From: a virus
Lineage: Duplodnaviria > Heunggongvirae > Uroviricota > Caudoviricetes
Strand: one strand, 5' to 3'
DNA: 50,514 bases
Virus record (IMG/VR): IMGVR_UViG_3300037088_000797
Span: 128,001-178,514 of that record
Shown here in pieces: positions 37,655-47,284 of this stretch (positions are counted from its first letter, which is position 1; each line of letters opens with the position of its first letter). A program made the position numbers and the translations under genes. The notes beneath the pieces are model-generated. The model was not told the origin of the DNA, made no database searches, and saw only the letters and a program-made list of their open reading frames with translations.

Positions 37655-38323
37655 CTAAAAAGGCGGATTTAAAAGACTTATATTTTTTACTTTATAAAGA
37701 CTCATTGAATACTCTTCTAATGATATACTTCGATCATTATAATGACATATTCGTTCAAAAACATCCCGAACCACGTAAATATTAATTACAGAAGTGCCAA
37801 ATTTTTCAACAATATGCCTCCAGTAAACAATTTTAAAATCATTATTCGATTTTTTTATATCAACTAATTCTGGATATTTTTCTATAAAATCATATAGTGT
37901 ATCTGTCTTAATAATTGCAACATTAATTAAATTGAATATTGTTTTAGTTTCAAAATATGCCTGTAAGGTAAATTTAGGATATTCGTATCCTTCTTTTCTT
38001 GCAACACTTCGTTTTTCAAATTCAGTTTTTGTACCAGTTTCTCTTTTTTCTCTAATTGTAAATGAACTGAATGTACCATCAAATTGTGCTCTTGATGCAA
38101 TTGATTGAATTCCGTTATTATCCTTTCTAAGATAATCAACACCACTATATATATCAAGTAAAACAGAAACATCATCTTTGTCTCTATTTTTACTGTCTGG
38201 TATTTTTTCAATAACTTTAATAGTACCATTAATTATTTTTGGTAAAACAGTCGGTATTATAGTTTTAATTGCAGCAATACTACGCTTTAATGATTCTATC
38301 CAATCTTCATCATCGTTATTCAT
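37655..38323 (-). CDS. Hypothetical, possibly restriction-endonuclease-fold partner of the ParB-methylase
   Basis: LDIYSGVDY...IASRAQ...FTIR. Coupled to the methylase stop (ATG at 38321-38323). Confidence 0.45.
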   Translation of the reverse strand: MNNDDEDWIESLKRSIAAIKTIIPTVLPKIINGTIKVIEKIPDSKNRDKDDVSVLLDIYSGVDYLRKDNNGIQSIASRAQFDGTFSSFTIREKRETGTKTEFEKRSVARKEGYEYPKFTLQAYFETKTIFNLINVAIIKTDTLYDFIEKYPELVDIKKSNNDFKIVYWRHIVEKFGTSVINIYVVRDVFERICHYNDRSISLEEYSMSLYKVKNISLLNPPF

Positions 38324-39896
38324 CTTCTTCTGGTATTTCAACCTCTTTTATAATCAATTTACAACCTCTACTTATTGCTATATCAAGATTTGCTTGATCG
38401 ATGTCACAACCCTTACCGACTCTGCCTAATGTGTTGGCTGCAATTAAAAATGTACCTGTACATGTAAACGGGTCTACAACTAATTTTTCTGGTTCTGTTG
38501 TATGTCTGATTAATCTCTTTGATAAATCATCAGATTTCTGCCATTCGTGTAATCTATTACCAACACGACCATCAGGTGCATTATCTTCCTGTACTGAAAA
38601 CATTTCACTCGTAATAGATGTGTCCAACTCTGCAGAATCTTTACTATATAAATGCCAGATAAACTGATAATTAAGATTATATTTCATTTTGGGCGTAACA
38701 CCAAGAGTGTTCTTATATGTCCAAATTAAAGGATTATCAACAATAAATTTATCCTGATTAAGAAGCACGTTTAAAAATGCTTGAATTTCCATTGGGTATG
38801 AACCTGAAAATACGAGCATCCTGCCAGACTTTTTAGTTTTTTGTATAGCAAGAGTAAGCCACTTTTCTGTAAACTCACCAATATTTGGAATGTCTGTCAT
38901 GTATGGAGGGTCAGTAAAAAGTAAATCAATTGAGTCATCTTTAAAAGTATTAAGAAAATCGTTAGCATCCATTAAACTTACTTCAGGTGCATCAACCATT
39001 ACTTTTTTGGCTTGTTCAATATAAATTTCTTTCTTTTTTTCAAGTTGTTTTGATTTTTTATTCTTTTTTATTTCTCTAAGAACATCATTTATTTCCTTTT
39101 TACCAGCTTTTAGTTCTTCTTGGGTTTTGTCATTAGCCTCATTTAAAATTATTTCAATTGCAGCTTTTGCTTTTTTTAATAATTTCGGGTCAACATCTTT
39201 ATCTACTAATAAGACTGCTTGGGCAATTTTAATTGATTCAGCTTTTGCAGCTTTTATAATTAATTCATCTTTACTCTCTTGAATTTTTTTAGTGTCACTA
39301 ATTATATGATATGATACACCTGCTTTTTCTGCAAGTTTTTCACGGGAATCTTTAACAGTTGATTTAACCTCACCAGTTGTTCTGTTAGTAACTAATTTTC
39401 TTTCAAGATCATCAGTAATTGAAGGTTTTTCTTCAAGGTCCGCTCCTGTGTGCGGACCTGCTTCATATTCTTTTATTTTGAGTCTATTTTCATCCTTAAT
39501 CTCTTTTTGTTTTATTGTAAATAATTTTTGTTCAATTTTTTTAAGAATAATGGCTAATATACCACGTTCAAATGCATGAACATTTCGTCTACCAAATTGA
39601 TTAAGAATTATCCAGATTTTAGCATAATCAATATTTTCAAATTCCATTTGAATTGTATTAAATGGAATATTATGTTTAATACATATATCATATCTATTAT
39701 GACCATCAACAATTGTTTTATTCCATAAAACAAGTGAATCTCTACAACCATCATCAATAATACTTTGTTCAAGTATATTAAATTCTTCAGTTGATAGTGG
39801 ATGAATTAGTTTTTTAAATTCATCATTAATTTCAATTTGTTTTACTTCAATTACATTTTGAATTGAATCATCATTTGAATTTACATTTTCATTCAT
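38316..39896 (-). CDS. ParB-like N-terminal domain fused to a beta-class N6A/N4C DNA methyltransferase
   Basis: L..SI..DG.RD...W...IVDGHNRY...NQFGRRN, HTH region, LLFTDPPY preceding VVDPFTCTGT. Confidence 0.85.
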   Translation of the reverse strand: MNENVNSNDDSIQNVIEVKQIEINDEFKKLIHPLSTEEFNILEQSIIDDGCRDSLVLWNKTIVDGHNRYDICIKHNIPFNTIQMEFENIDYAKIWIILNQFGRRNVHAFERGILAIILKKIEQKLFTIKQKEIKDENRLKIKEYEAGPHTGADLEEKPSITDDLERKLVTNRTTGEVKSTVKDSREKLAEKAGVSYHIISDTKKIQESKDELIIKAAKAESIKIAQAVLLVDKDVDPKLLKKAKAAIEIILNEANDKTQEELKAGKKEINDVLREIKKNKKSKQLEKKKEIYIEQAKKVMVDAPEVSLMDANDFLNTFKDDSIDLLFTDPPYMTDIPNIGEFTEKWLTLAIQKTKKSGRMLVFSGSYPMEIQAFLNVLLNQDKFIVDNPLIWTYKNTLGVTPKMKYNLNYQFIWHLYSKDSAELDTSITSEMFSVQEDNAPDGRVGNRLHEWQKSDDLSKRLIRHTTEPEKLVVDPFTCTGTFLIAANTLGRVGKGCDIDQANLDIAISRGCKLIIKEVEIPEEDE

Positions 39897-40211
39897 AATT
39901 ATCTGTTTTTAATTAAAATTGTTAATTTTTGGTAAAAGTAAATATAATCTTATTGATATGCAATTATTTTTAGAAATATTTTATAAAACTCTTTGAAATG
40001 AGGATATTAAATACTATATTTGATTCATGATTCAAATTTTGAAAAAAATTGGAAATTCTTATCCTGTGTTACAAGTTTTGTTTAGATTCGAAGAAGTTAA
40101 ACACAAACAAGGTAATCTTTGTCAACAATTCGCAGAAGTGATGAAGAGTTTAGAGTGAAATATTTTCCTGTCCGACTGGACAGACCTTTTGAGTTTTAAC
40201 GAAAAACTCGT

Positions 40212-40242
40212 CAAAGTTACAAAGAAAAAAATTAGGAAACAA
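40212..40242 (-). promoter_or_regulatory. Bacteroidota-type promoter ~310 nt upstream of the ParB-methylase
   Basis: TTG-N20-TAACTTTG. Confidence 0.5.
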
Positions 40243-40262
40243 GAGATTTTCTGAAATGAGTT

Positions 40263-40297
40263 AAAAAAAGCAAGGTCCGCACCCACATGCGGACCTT
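40263..40297 (-). terminator. Hairpin/terminator after the tape measure gene (also a repeated palindrome)
   Basis: AAGGTCCGCA-N6-TGCGGACCTT followed by GCTTTTTTT on the minus strand. Confidence 0.6.
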
Positions 40298-40302
40298 CTT
40301 CA

Positions 40303-42822
40303 TTATTGATTTACGCTTTGTGTACGTAGTTCTTCCTGATGTGTTACTGCAATTTTATTTTTAAATATTTTATTCATAAACCTTTGACCATCAATATCTA
40401 AGGTTATATTACTTGCTATATTCATTTCTTTATTTGCAAATTCAACTTTCAATGGTGTTTTTAATAATGTAGTTAATTGAGCAAGTGCTGAACCACCATT
40501 TGTATTCATACTTGAAATAGAGTTGACTGCATTTTCAATAGCAACAAAATCTTCTTTACTACCATGCATAACTGTGTTAATTTGTCTAAATGCATCACCA
40601 ACTTTAGCTATTGCATCTGCATTTTTTGCTATTCTATTTAAAGTTAAACTGAATGCTATTAAACCTAAACCACCAACAGTAAATAATGCCATACCTGCTG
40701 CCATTGCTGCAACACCTACACCCATTTCCATTAAGTCTTTACCAGAACCTTTAGCTGAAACTGCTAATTTACTAAGACCTAAAGCCATTACACCAATACC
40801 AGCAGCAGCAATACCAACACCTGCACCAACAAGTGCAACTGCACCACCAAAGGCAAGAAGACCCGGAGCAGCAGCCGTAGATGCACCACCAAATATCATA
40901 ATGGCTGCAGCAGCAGCAGCACCAATGCCTACTACAAGTGCTATTGATTTAACAATACTATTTAAAGTTTTTGCTTGTTCTGGAGTTAATTTAGCCATTG
41001 CTGTAGCAAGTAAACTAATACCTGCAGCAGCAGCACCTATACCAGCACCTACACCTAATGCAGCAGCACCTATACCAGCACCTGCCCCAGCAAACATTTT
41101 TCCTTTTCCTGCAGCAGCAGCACCTGCACCAATACCTTTACGTTGTTCAGCCAATCCACTAAGACCTTTTCCTGCTTTTTCTGTAATAGTTGCTTCAGCT
41201 TTACCTGCTGCACTACCACCTATATTACCAAGTGTACTTGTTGCTGCTTTTTTTGCAGTACCAGTTATATATTTATCTGCAAATTTACCTAAACTATTAG
41301 TTATTATTTTCCATGCTGTTGCAGCAGTTAATAAAATTCCACCTGCAGCTACAGCACCACCCCAACCTTTTGTTGCAAGGTCTGCAAGTGGTTTAATTGT
41401 AACACTCATTACTTTATTAATTGTTGTTAATAAAGGTAATAATGATGCTTTAAGAATTTCTATAGTAGCTTTGAACGTTTGATCAAATGTCAATGCTTGT
41501 TCAGCACGACTTTTAAGACTTGCCTGTTCTTTTACAAATGATTTTGCCTGTTCTGCAGTTAAACTACTAATATCATGCATACTGCCAGCCATTTCAACTT
41601 GAAATTTACCTGATTTTGCATTAAAAATAGCAGCACCCTGAACAAGTTCTTTTTCACGACCACTTAAACCAGTACCAGCCAATTGTTGATTCATCTTATC
41701 AAGATCAGCACGTCTTTGTGTAATCTTAACCATTTCTTCATTTGAAATACCAAGAGATTTTGCAACACTTTCAAGTCTTTGACGGTCTGCAGGACTTATA
41801 AACTTTTCAAATACACCTTCACTATTTTTCTTGAATGTAACTAAACCTCTGGTCATTTCAGAAATTTTCTGTGTAAGTTTTTCGGGTTCATTACGAGCTA
41901 AATACATCCATTCAAATGGGTCTGTCTTTGCAAATTCACCACCCATAATCTGCAAATTTGCAGCAAGATCAATAGCTTTTTCCAATCCTTTTGCTGCATC
42001 GGCTGCACTTAAAGCATCTTTCATGTCTACCTGAAATTTCTCAGCATCTTCAGCCATTTTAGCCATGCCTTTAACACCTGCAGTAAAACTATATGTATTT
42101 AATTTTTTAAAATTATCACTAACATTTTTTAATACTTTGGTTGTATTAATACCCATTCTTTCAGAAGTATCGACAATACCCTGAACATAATCCATGCTTC
42201 TTTTAGCATCAAGACCCATAAATTCAAATTGTGCACCAAGTTTTGTTGCCTGTTCAATACCAAGACCAGTACCTTTACCAATTAAGGTAATATCTTCAAC
42301 CATACTTGCAGTCATTGCACGTGCTCTGCCAGTTTCATCTGCATATCCCTGTTGAATCGATTGTACATCAGCAAGACTACCACCTAATCTTGCAACAAAT
42401 TTTGCAGAATCTACAAATGATTTGCGCATTAAATCTGCTTTTGCACCACTCATTCCAAGACTAAGAATAGTGCCTTTTATGGTTTTGTCAGATTCTTGTA
42501 AATATTGCCACTCCTGTTTTATTAAACCAACCAAATCCTTTACTAAACTAACGTTTCGTTGTCTGGATTTTATTTGATTTTCTAACTGAGTGTTAAGACT
42601 CTTTTCATTAGTAATTTCTTGTTGCTGATCAGCAATAAGTTTAGTTAATAATTTACCTCTCTCACTATCTTTTGAAACACCTTCAGCTAACAATTCATTA
42701 ATTATCTTTTGTCTTTCAGAAATAATCAATTGATTCTTCGCCCTGTCATTATCAAGAGAATTAATATTCTTTAATAATTCAAGTGAATTTTGATATTCGT
42801 CAACTGTTCTATTTTTTGCCAT
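40303..42822 (-). CDS. Tail tape measure protein
   Basis: 839 aa, helical Ala/Gly-rich with hydrophobic segments, downstream of the chaperone pair. Confidence 0.75.
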   Translation of the reverse strand: MAKNRTVDEYQNSLELLKNINSLDNDRAKNQLIISERQKIINELLAEGVSKDSERGKLLTKLIADQQQEITNEKSLNTQLENQIKSRQRNVSLVKDLVGLIKQEWQYLQESDKTIKGTILSLGMSGAKADLMRKSFVDSAKFVARLGGSLADVQSIQQGYADETGRARAMTASMVEDITLIGKGTGLGIEQATKLGAQFEFMGLDAKRSMDYVQGIVDTSERMGINTTKVLKNVSDNFKKLNTYSFTAGVKGMAKMAEDAEKFQVDMKDALSAADAAKGLEKAIDLAANLQIMGGEFAKTDPFEWMYLARNEPEKLTQKISEMTRGLVTFKKNSEGVFEKFISPADRQRLESVAKSLGISNEEMVKITQRRADLDKMNQQLAGTGLSGREKELVQGAAIFNAKSGKFQVEMAGSMHDISSLTAEQAKSFVKEQASLKSRAEQALTFDQTFKATIEILKASLLPLLTTINKVMSVTIKPLADLATKGWGGAVAAGGILLTAATAWKIITNSLGKFADKYITGTAKKAATSTLGNIGGSAAGKAEATITEKAGKGLSGLAEQRKGIGAGAAAAGKGKMFAGAGAGIGAAALGVGAGIGAAAAGISLLATAMAKLTPEQAKTLNSIVKSIALVVGIGAAAAAAIMIFGGASTAAAPGLLAFGGAVALVGAGVGIAAAGIGVMALGLSKLAVSAKGSGKDLMEMGVGVAAMAAGMALFTVGGLGLIAFSLTLNRIAKNADAIAKVGDAFRQINTVMHGSKEDFVAIENAVNSISSMNTNGGSALAQLTTLLKTPLKVEFANKEMNIASNITLDIDGQRFMNKIFKNKIAVTHQEELRTQSVNQ

Positions 42823-42848
42823 GAATTGTTATTATAGATATAAATACA

Positions 42849-42878
42849 AAAGATCGGATTTTTTATTGTCCGATCTTT
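42849..42878. terminator. Hairpin between chaperone and tape measure genes
   Basis: AAAGATCGGA...TCCGATCTTT. Confidence 0.55.
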
Positions 42879-42882
42879 CAAA

Positions 42883-43056
42883 TTATCTTTTTCTGCTTGC
42901 TTTTCTTTGTGCTTCGTCCTGTAATCTCTCAATTTCTTCGTTTTCTTTTTCAAGTAAATGTAAAAAGTGTCGTCTACGATATATTGGTAGATTTTCGATA
43001 TAATCTGCTTGAAACTTAGCGTGTTTGGTCAGTATATATATCTCTTCATTGACCAT
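42883..43056 (-). CDS. Small gp51-like/GT-type tail assembly chaperone segment (MVNEEIYILTKHAKFQADYIENLPIYRRRHFL...)
   Basis: 57 aa ORF below the track cut-off. The frame stays open upstream to the slippery T8 run of the preceding gene. Confidence 0.7.
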   Translation of the reverse strand: MVNEEIYILTKHAKFQADYIENLPIYRRRHFLHLLEKENEEIERLQDEAQRKASRKR

Positions 43057-43073
43057 TTTTTTATACTCACCCG

Positions 43074-44012
43074 CTAAGTGCTTGGGAAAAAAAAGTCTAT
43101 GCCCACAGCTAAATTGGCTTTGAATTTATAACCATCTTTTGCCATAAATTCATATGCCATGTCAACATCAGGACTAACATTTAATATTTTTCTACGAATA
43201 GTATAAGCATCCAGTGCTGGCATTACATCAACAAATTTATCAATGTATGATCTATCAGTGTTACCACCAATTGATATAATGTGTGATTTTAATTTCATTG
43301 TACTATAATCACTCAAGTCCTGACCATATGCTTCTTTAATAGCATCTGCTTTTCTTTGAAGTATATTATCTTCACCAGAAGTAAGAAGTCTTATTACAAC
43401 ATCCTTTTTACGCATTGGTATGAATACTTTGAAATGACCAAATTCGTCAGGTTGTTCATCAGGTTCTTTATATTGAAGTTTTAGTAAATCTACTTTAGTT
43501 GTAAAAGGAATACCTGTTCTTGGGTCAGATACTTGTACTGTGTAATCTGCACCGTAACTTGAAGTACGTAAGAATAAGATAATTGCGTTTCTATCTCCAT
43601 CCAAAAGATCATCAATAACAATACCTGCGGTTTTAACTTTACGTTTTAACAACATTGTAATTACGTTTCCACTGTCAATTAATGAAGGAGTTGTTAATAG
43701 GTCTTCGTCTCTTGAAGTCATGTATTCGACATTAACTTCTGAAATACCATGAGAATAAAATTTACCTTTTGAGGGTAATTGTACTATTTCATATGACATC
43801 ATCAAGTCAGGGTCTGTTTCTTGTGACATAGTTCTTTCAAATTCTTGTTGATTAAAATTTGCTTTAGGTGGAGCACTCGGTATATTAATAGTCGTAGGTG
43901 CAACTGTTTTTTTCACACCATCATCTGTAAGACCATGTTGTTTTTTATATTTTTCCAATGATGCTGCAATACTGTCTCTTGAAGGTTGAGTTTTTTCTGA
44001 TTCGTTTCCCAT
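43074..44012 (-). CDS. T4 gp26-like baseplate hub / tail assembly chaperone
   Basis: LPSKGKFY, YMTSRDEDLL, GDRNAIILFLR..SYG..Y, ends GIDFFFP. Confidence 0.75.
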   Translation of the reverse strand: MGNESEKTQPSRDSIAASLEKYKKQHGLTDDGVKKTVAPTTINIPSAPPKANFNQQEFERTMSQETDPDLMMSYEIVQLPSKGKFYSHGISEVNVEYMTSRDEDLLTTPSLIDSGNVITMLLKRKVKTAGIVIDDLLDGDRNAIILFLRTSSYGADYTVQVSDPRTGIPFTTKVDLLKLQYKEPDEQPDEFGHFKVFIPMRKKDVVIRLLTSGEDNILQRKADAIKEAYGQDLSDYSTMKLKSHIISIGGNTDRSYIDKFVDVMPALDAYTIRRKILNVSPDVDMAYEFMAKDGYKFKANLAVGIDFFFPST

Positions 44013-44163
44013 AATTATAATTTTTTATATTTTATTATTGTTTTGAATAAATACTGCAAAAAAAATTTTGAACATAATTCAAGATTTTTAATTAAAAACC
44101 GTATATACATATGTAGCTAAAAATAATTTGAATGAATGATGTTATATAAAGTAATACATTAAT

Positions 44164-44448
44164 ATGGAAGCAAAAATTTTAGTAATATATATTGGTATTG
44201 GTGGCATCAGAAGTGAAGATATTGACACTTACATGCAAAAAGTAACTGGAAAAATCACACCAACAAATTTTGAAGGCGAAATTATTGTTTTACCAACACA
44301 ATTACTGGTAGCACCTGATACAAGAATAGAATGTATTAATCCTAAATATATTACAAAAACAGAATTAATTCGTGAACACACGGAAATGATAAATAAATTA
44401 CAAGAAGAGTTGAAAATTCAACTCGAAATATTAAAACAAAAAAAATAA
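44164..44448 (+). CDS. Hypothetical protein
   Basis: 94 aa, first gene of the plus-strand block. Confidence 0.6.
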   Translation: MEAKILVIYIGIGGIRSEDIDTYMQKVTGKITPTNFEGEIIVLPTQLLVAPDTRIECINPKYITKTELIREHTEMINKLQEELKIQLEILKQKK

Positions 44449-45185
44449 TGAATAAAATAAGAGTAGGTATTGACATTAATGAAGTATTAAGAGCAAAATG
44501 GATTCAATTTGATAAACATTTTATTGAAGAATTTGGTGAAGAAAAAACACCAAAAGGTAATCCATATGTATATGACTATTTCAATTCATATGAATTTAAA
44601 GATACCGTAGAAATCGAAAAAGAATTAAAAGAACCTGAAGATATGCCACCAGACATTAATCCGTTGGATTATCAGCACGATGAAAAGCTGGGAGAAGCAC
44701 CTGCAGATATCTTTTTATTTAAAGCACCTGTAAAAACAGAGCTAACGGCAAGAGAAGTATATAATCGCTTTGTAAATCAGGATTTTCTTTTTGAAATATT
44801 TGGTGCAGCACCTATGATGTACAGAAACATGGATGTTCAAGTTAATAAATTTCTTGAACAGTATCAGAAAAATGTTGAATTTACAGTATTGTCAGTTGAA
44901 AACAAATTTACAATACCGCCAACAATGTTTTTCTTAAGCAAAATATCAATGAGATTTAAAAATTACAAATTTGTTGATTATGCAACTGACATGTGGCAAC
45001 ATGTGGATGTGTTAATAACAACTGACCCAGCAATTCTTAACAATAAAATTCCTTGGGGAAAGAAATTAATAAAAATAACCAGACCCTATAATGAAAATAT
45101 AAAAGCAGGGTCAATTCAAGTAAAACAAGTTGCCGATTTAATTGACAATAAGAGTTTTGAAAAAATAATTAAATATAAAAAATAA
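44448..45185 (+). CDS. HAD-fold 5'(3')-deoxynucleotidase-like protein (degenerate motif I)
   Basis: VGIDINEVLR, DVLITTDP, KITRPYN. Confidence 0.6.
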   Translation: MNKIRVGIDINEVLRAKWIQFDKHFIEEFGEEKTPKGNPYVYDYFNSYEFKDTVEIEKELKEPEDMPPDINPLDYQHDEKLGEAPADIFLFKAPVKTELTAREVYNRFVNQDFLFEIFGAAPMMYRNMDVQVNKFLEQYQKNVEFTVLSVENKFTIPPTMFFLSKISMRFKNYKFVDYATDMWQHVDVLITTDPAILNNKIPWGKKLIKITRPYNENIKAGSIQVKQVADLIDNKSFEKIIKYKK

Positions 45186-45193
45186 ATTAAACA

Positions 45194-46426
45194 ATGAGCG
45201 AAGAATTATTAGTTAATGAAGCACAAAAAGCTGAATTAGAAAAAATAGAAAAGATCAAAGTATCTTTAGCTAAAATCGCAAACAAGAAATCAAAATTTTT
45301 GTTCTGCGTACCTGAATCACAGAGTCCTACTGCAAGTGTATATGAAATCTATTTTCATGCAACAGTTGTAAAAAACATGGGATATGAAGTAGTTGTCCTT
45401 GTAGAAAAAGGAGATTATGTAGTACCTGCATGGGTTGAAAAAGAACTGACCAACCATAAACACATATCAATGGCAGACCCTAAACTTACAGTCGGTCCTG
45501 AAGATGTGATGGTTATTCCTGACATATATTCAAATGTTATGGAGCAGACCAAAAACTTACCTTGTGTGAGAATTGGCTTGTTACAATCGGCTGATTATAT
45601 GACAAGTGCTTTGATACCGGGTACTGACTGGACATCCTTTAATATTCATGATGTAATCACCACATCACCAACACTAAAAGAATGGCTTGAAACATTTTAT
45701 GGTATTGGTAAATACAATATCAGAACATATAACATTGGCATACCTGATTATTTTGAAAAAACAGACGTACCTCAAAAGCCAATTATTTCTGTAATAGGAA
45801 GAAATGCAAATGAGATCAGTAAACTCGTTAAATTATTCTTTGCTAAATATCCTCAATATTCATGGGTAACTTTTGACCCTATGGTGACAAAGAGTAAACC
45901 ACCACAGCCAATGCGTAGAGTTGACTTTGCAAAAAGACTTCAGGGTAACTTTGCTGCTGTATGGATTGATAGAATTTCATCATTTGGTACTTTTCCACTT
46001 GAATGTATGAAAGCAGGTGTTATTCCGATCTGTCTCAAACCAGACATTATGCCAGAATATATGATTGAAAGAGACGAAACTGGTAAAGGTGTTAAAGTTG
46101 TCGAAGGTGCTGGCGTTTGGACTGAAAACTTTTATGATCTTCCAGTATTAGTAGGTGAAGTACTTGTTAAGTTTCTTGATGATGCAATTAAACCTGAATT
46201 ATATGAAACTATGAGTAATATTGCCAGCAAATATAGTCAGGAAGCAAGCGAAAAAAGACTGGTTGAAATTTATAACGATGTTATTAACCAGAGAGTTGCA
46301 CTTTTAAGTGGCGCAATTAATCCACCACAGCCAATAGTGCCAACAGCAGTAATTGCAATACCAACTGAAGCACCAACACAGACCGTTGATATATTATTAC
46401 CACCAGTAACTGAAGAACAAAAATAA
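45194..46426 (+). CDS. GT-B (GT4-like) glycosyltransferase
   Basis: D.MVIPDI, SFGTFPLECMKAGV. Confidence 0.7.
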   Translation: MSEELLVNEAQKAELEKIEKIKVSLAKIANKKSKFLFCVPESQSPTASVYEIYFHATVVKNMGYEVVVLVEKGDYVVPAWVEKELTNHKHISMADPKLTVGPEDVMVIPDIYSNVMEQTKNLPCVRIGLLQSADYMTSALIPGTDWTSFNIHDVITTSPTLKEWLETFYGIGKYNIRTYNIGIPDYFEKTDVPQKPIISVIGRNANEISKLVKLFFAKYPQYSWVTFDPMVTKSKPPQPMRRVDFAKRLQGNFAAVWIDRISSFGTFPLECMKAGVIPICLKPDIMPEYMIERDETGKGVKVVEGAGVWTENFYDLPVLVGEVLVKFLDDAIKPELYETMSNIASKYSQEASEKRLVEIYNDVINQRVALLSGAINPPQPIVPTAVIAIPTEAPTQTVDILLPPVTEEQK

Positions 46427-46448
46427 TTTTAAAATAAAAATTTATACA

Positions 46449-47261
46449 ATGAATATAACAACAATAATTCCAGTACACGAATATAACATACAAGTTTCAG
46501 GCATGTTAGATGGTGCAATTGCATCAGTACAGAAACAAGAAAAAATTGCAGAAAAACCACAGATTCTTGTAGTTTATGCTGCTGTAATAGAAACTGATAT
46601 GTTAGTTTATCAGCAAAGTCTTTTGACTAAATATCCAGAGGGTATTAACATCATCTTTGTTAAAAATGAAGGTATTACAGACTATCAATCACAAGTTAAT
46701 CTTGGAGTAAAATCAATAACTACCGATTATTTCTCGGTACTTGAATTTGATGATGAATATGGTTTAACATTTTTTAAGAATGCAGAGATATATGTTAAGG
46801 CATATCCAGAGATCGATGTATTTCTTACAATGATGATCGAAGTCAACGAAAAAAATGAAGGTATTAAGATTACGAATGAAACCGTTTGGGCACAACAGTT
46901 TGTTGGAGAGAACGGTGAAATGGGTTATCTGAATGCAAAAGCACTTCAGCAATACACCGACTTTAAATTAAGTGGTGCTGTAATAAAGAAATCAGAATTC
47001 TTAAACCTTGGCGGATATAAATCAAACATTAAGTTAACCTTTATGTATGAATTCTTACTCAGAGCATTAAATAATGCAAGTAAAATATTCTCAATACCAA
47101 AAATTGGTTACAAACACCTTGCAACACGTGTAGGTAGTTTATTTGACGGTTATTTAAAAACAATGCCAGTTCCAGAAAGAAAATTCTGGTTTGAAACTGC
47201 AGTAAAAGAAGCAAATATAATGACAGATAGACCTATCGACATGTCAAGGCTTCAAAAATAA
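46449..47261 (+). CDS. GT2-like glycosyltransferase
   Basis: ITTIIPVH, VNLGV, VLEFDDE, YEFLLR. Confidence 0.7.
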   Translation: MNITTIIPVHEYNIQVSGMLDGAIASVQKQEKIAEKPQILVVYAAVIETDMLVYQQSLLTKYPEGINIIFVKNEGITDYQSQVNLGVKSITTDYFSVLEFDDEYGLTFFKNAEIYVKAYPEIDVFLTMMIEVNEKNEGIKITNETVWAQQFVGENGEMGYLNAKALQQYTDFKLSGAVIKKSEFLNLGGYKSNIKLTFMYEFLLRALNNASKIFSIPKIGYKHLATRVGSLFDGYLKTMPVPERKFWFETAVKEANIMTDRPIDMSRLQK

Positions 47262-47284
47262 TCTCTATGTCAATTTATAATTAA

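Noticed and set aside
40523-41482. 319 aa plus-strand ORF
   Set aside because: Antisense shadow of the Ala/Gly-rich tape measure gene. Stop-free only because of GCA/GCT codon bias.
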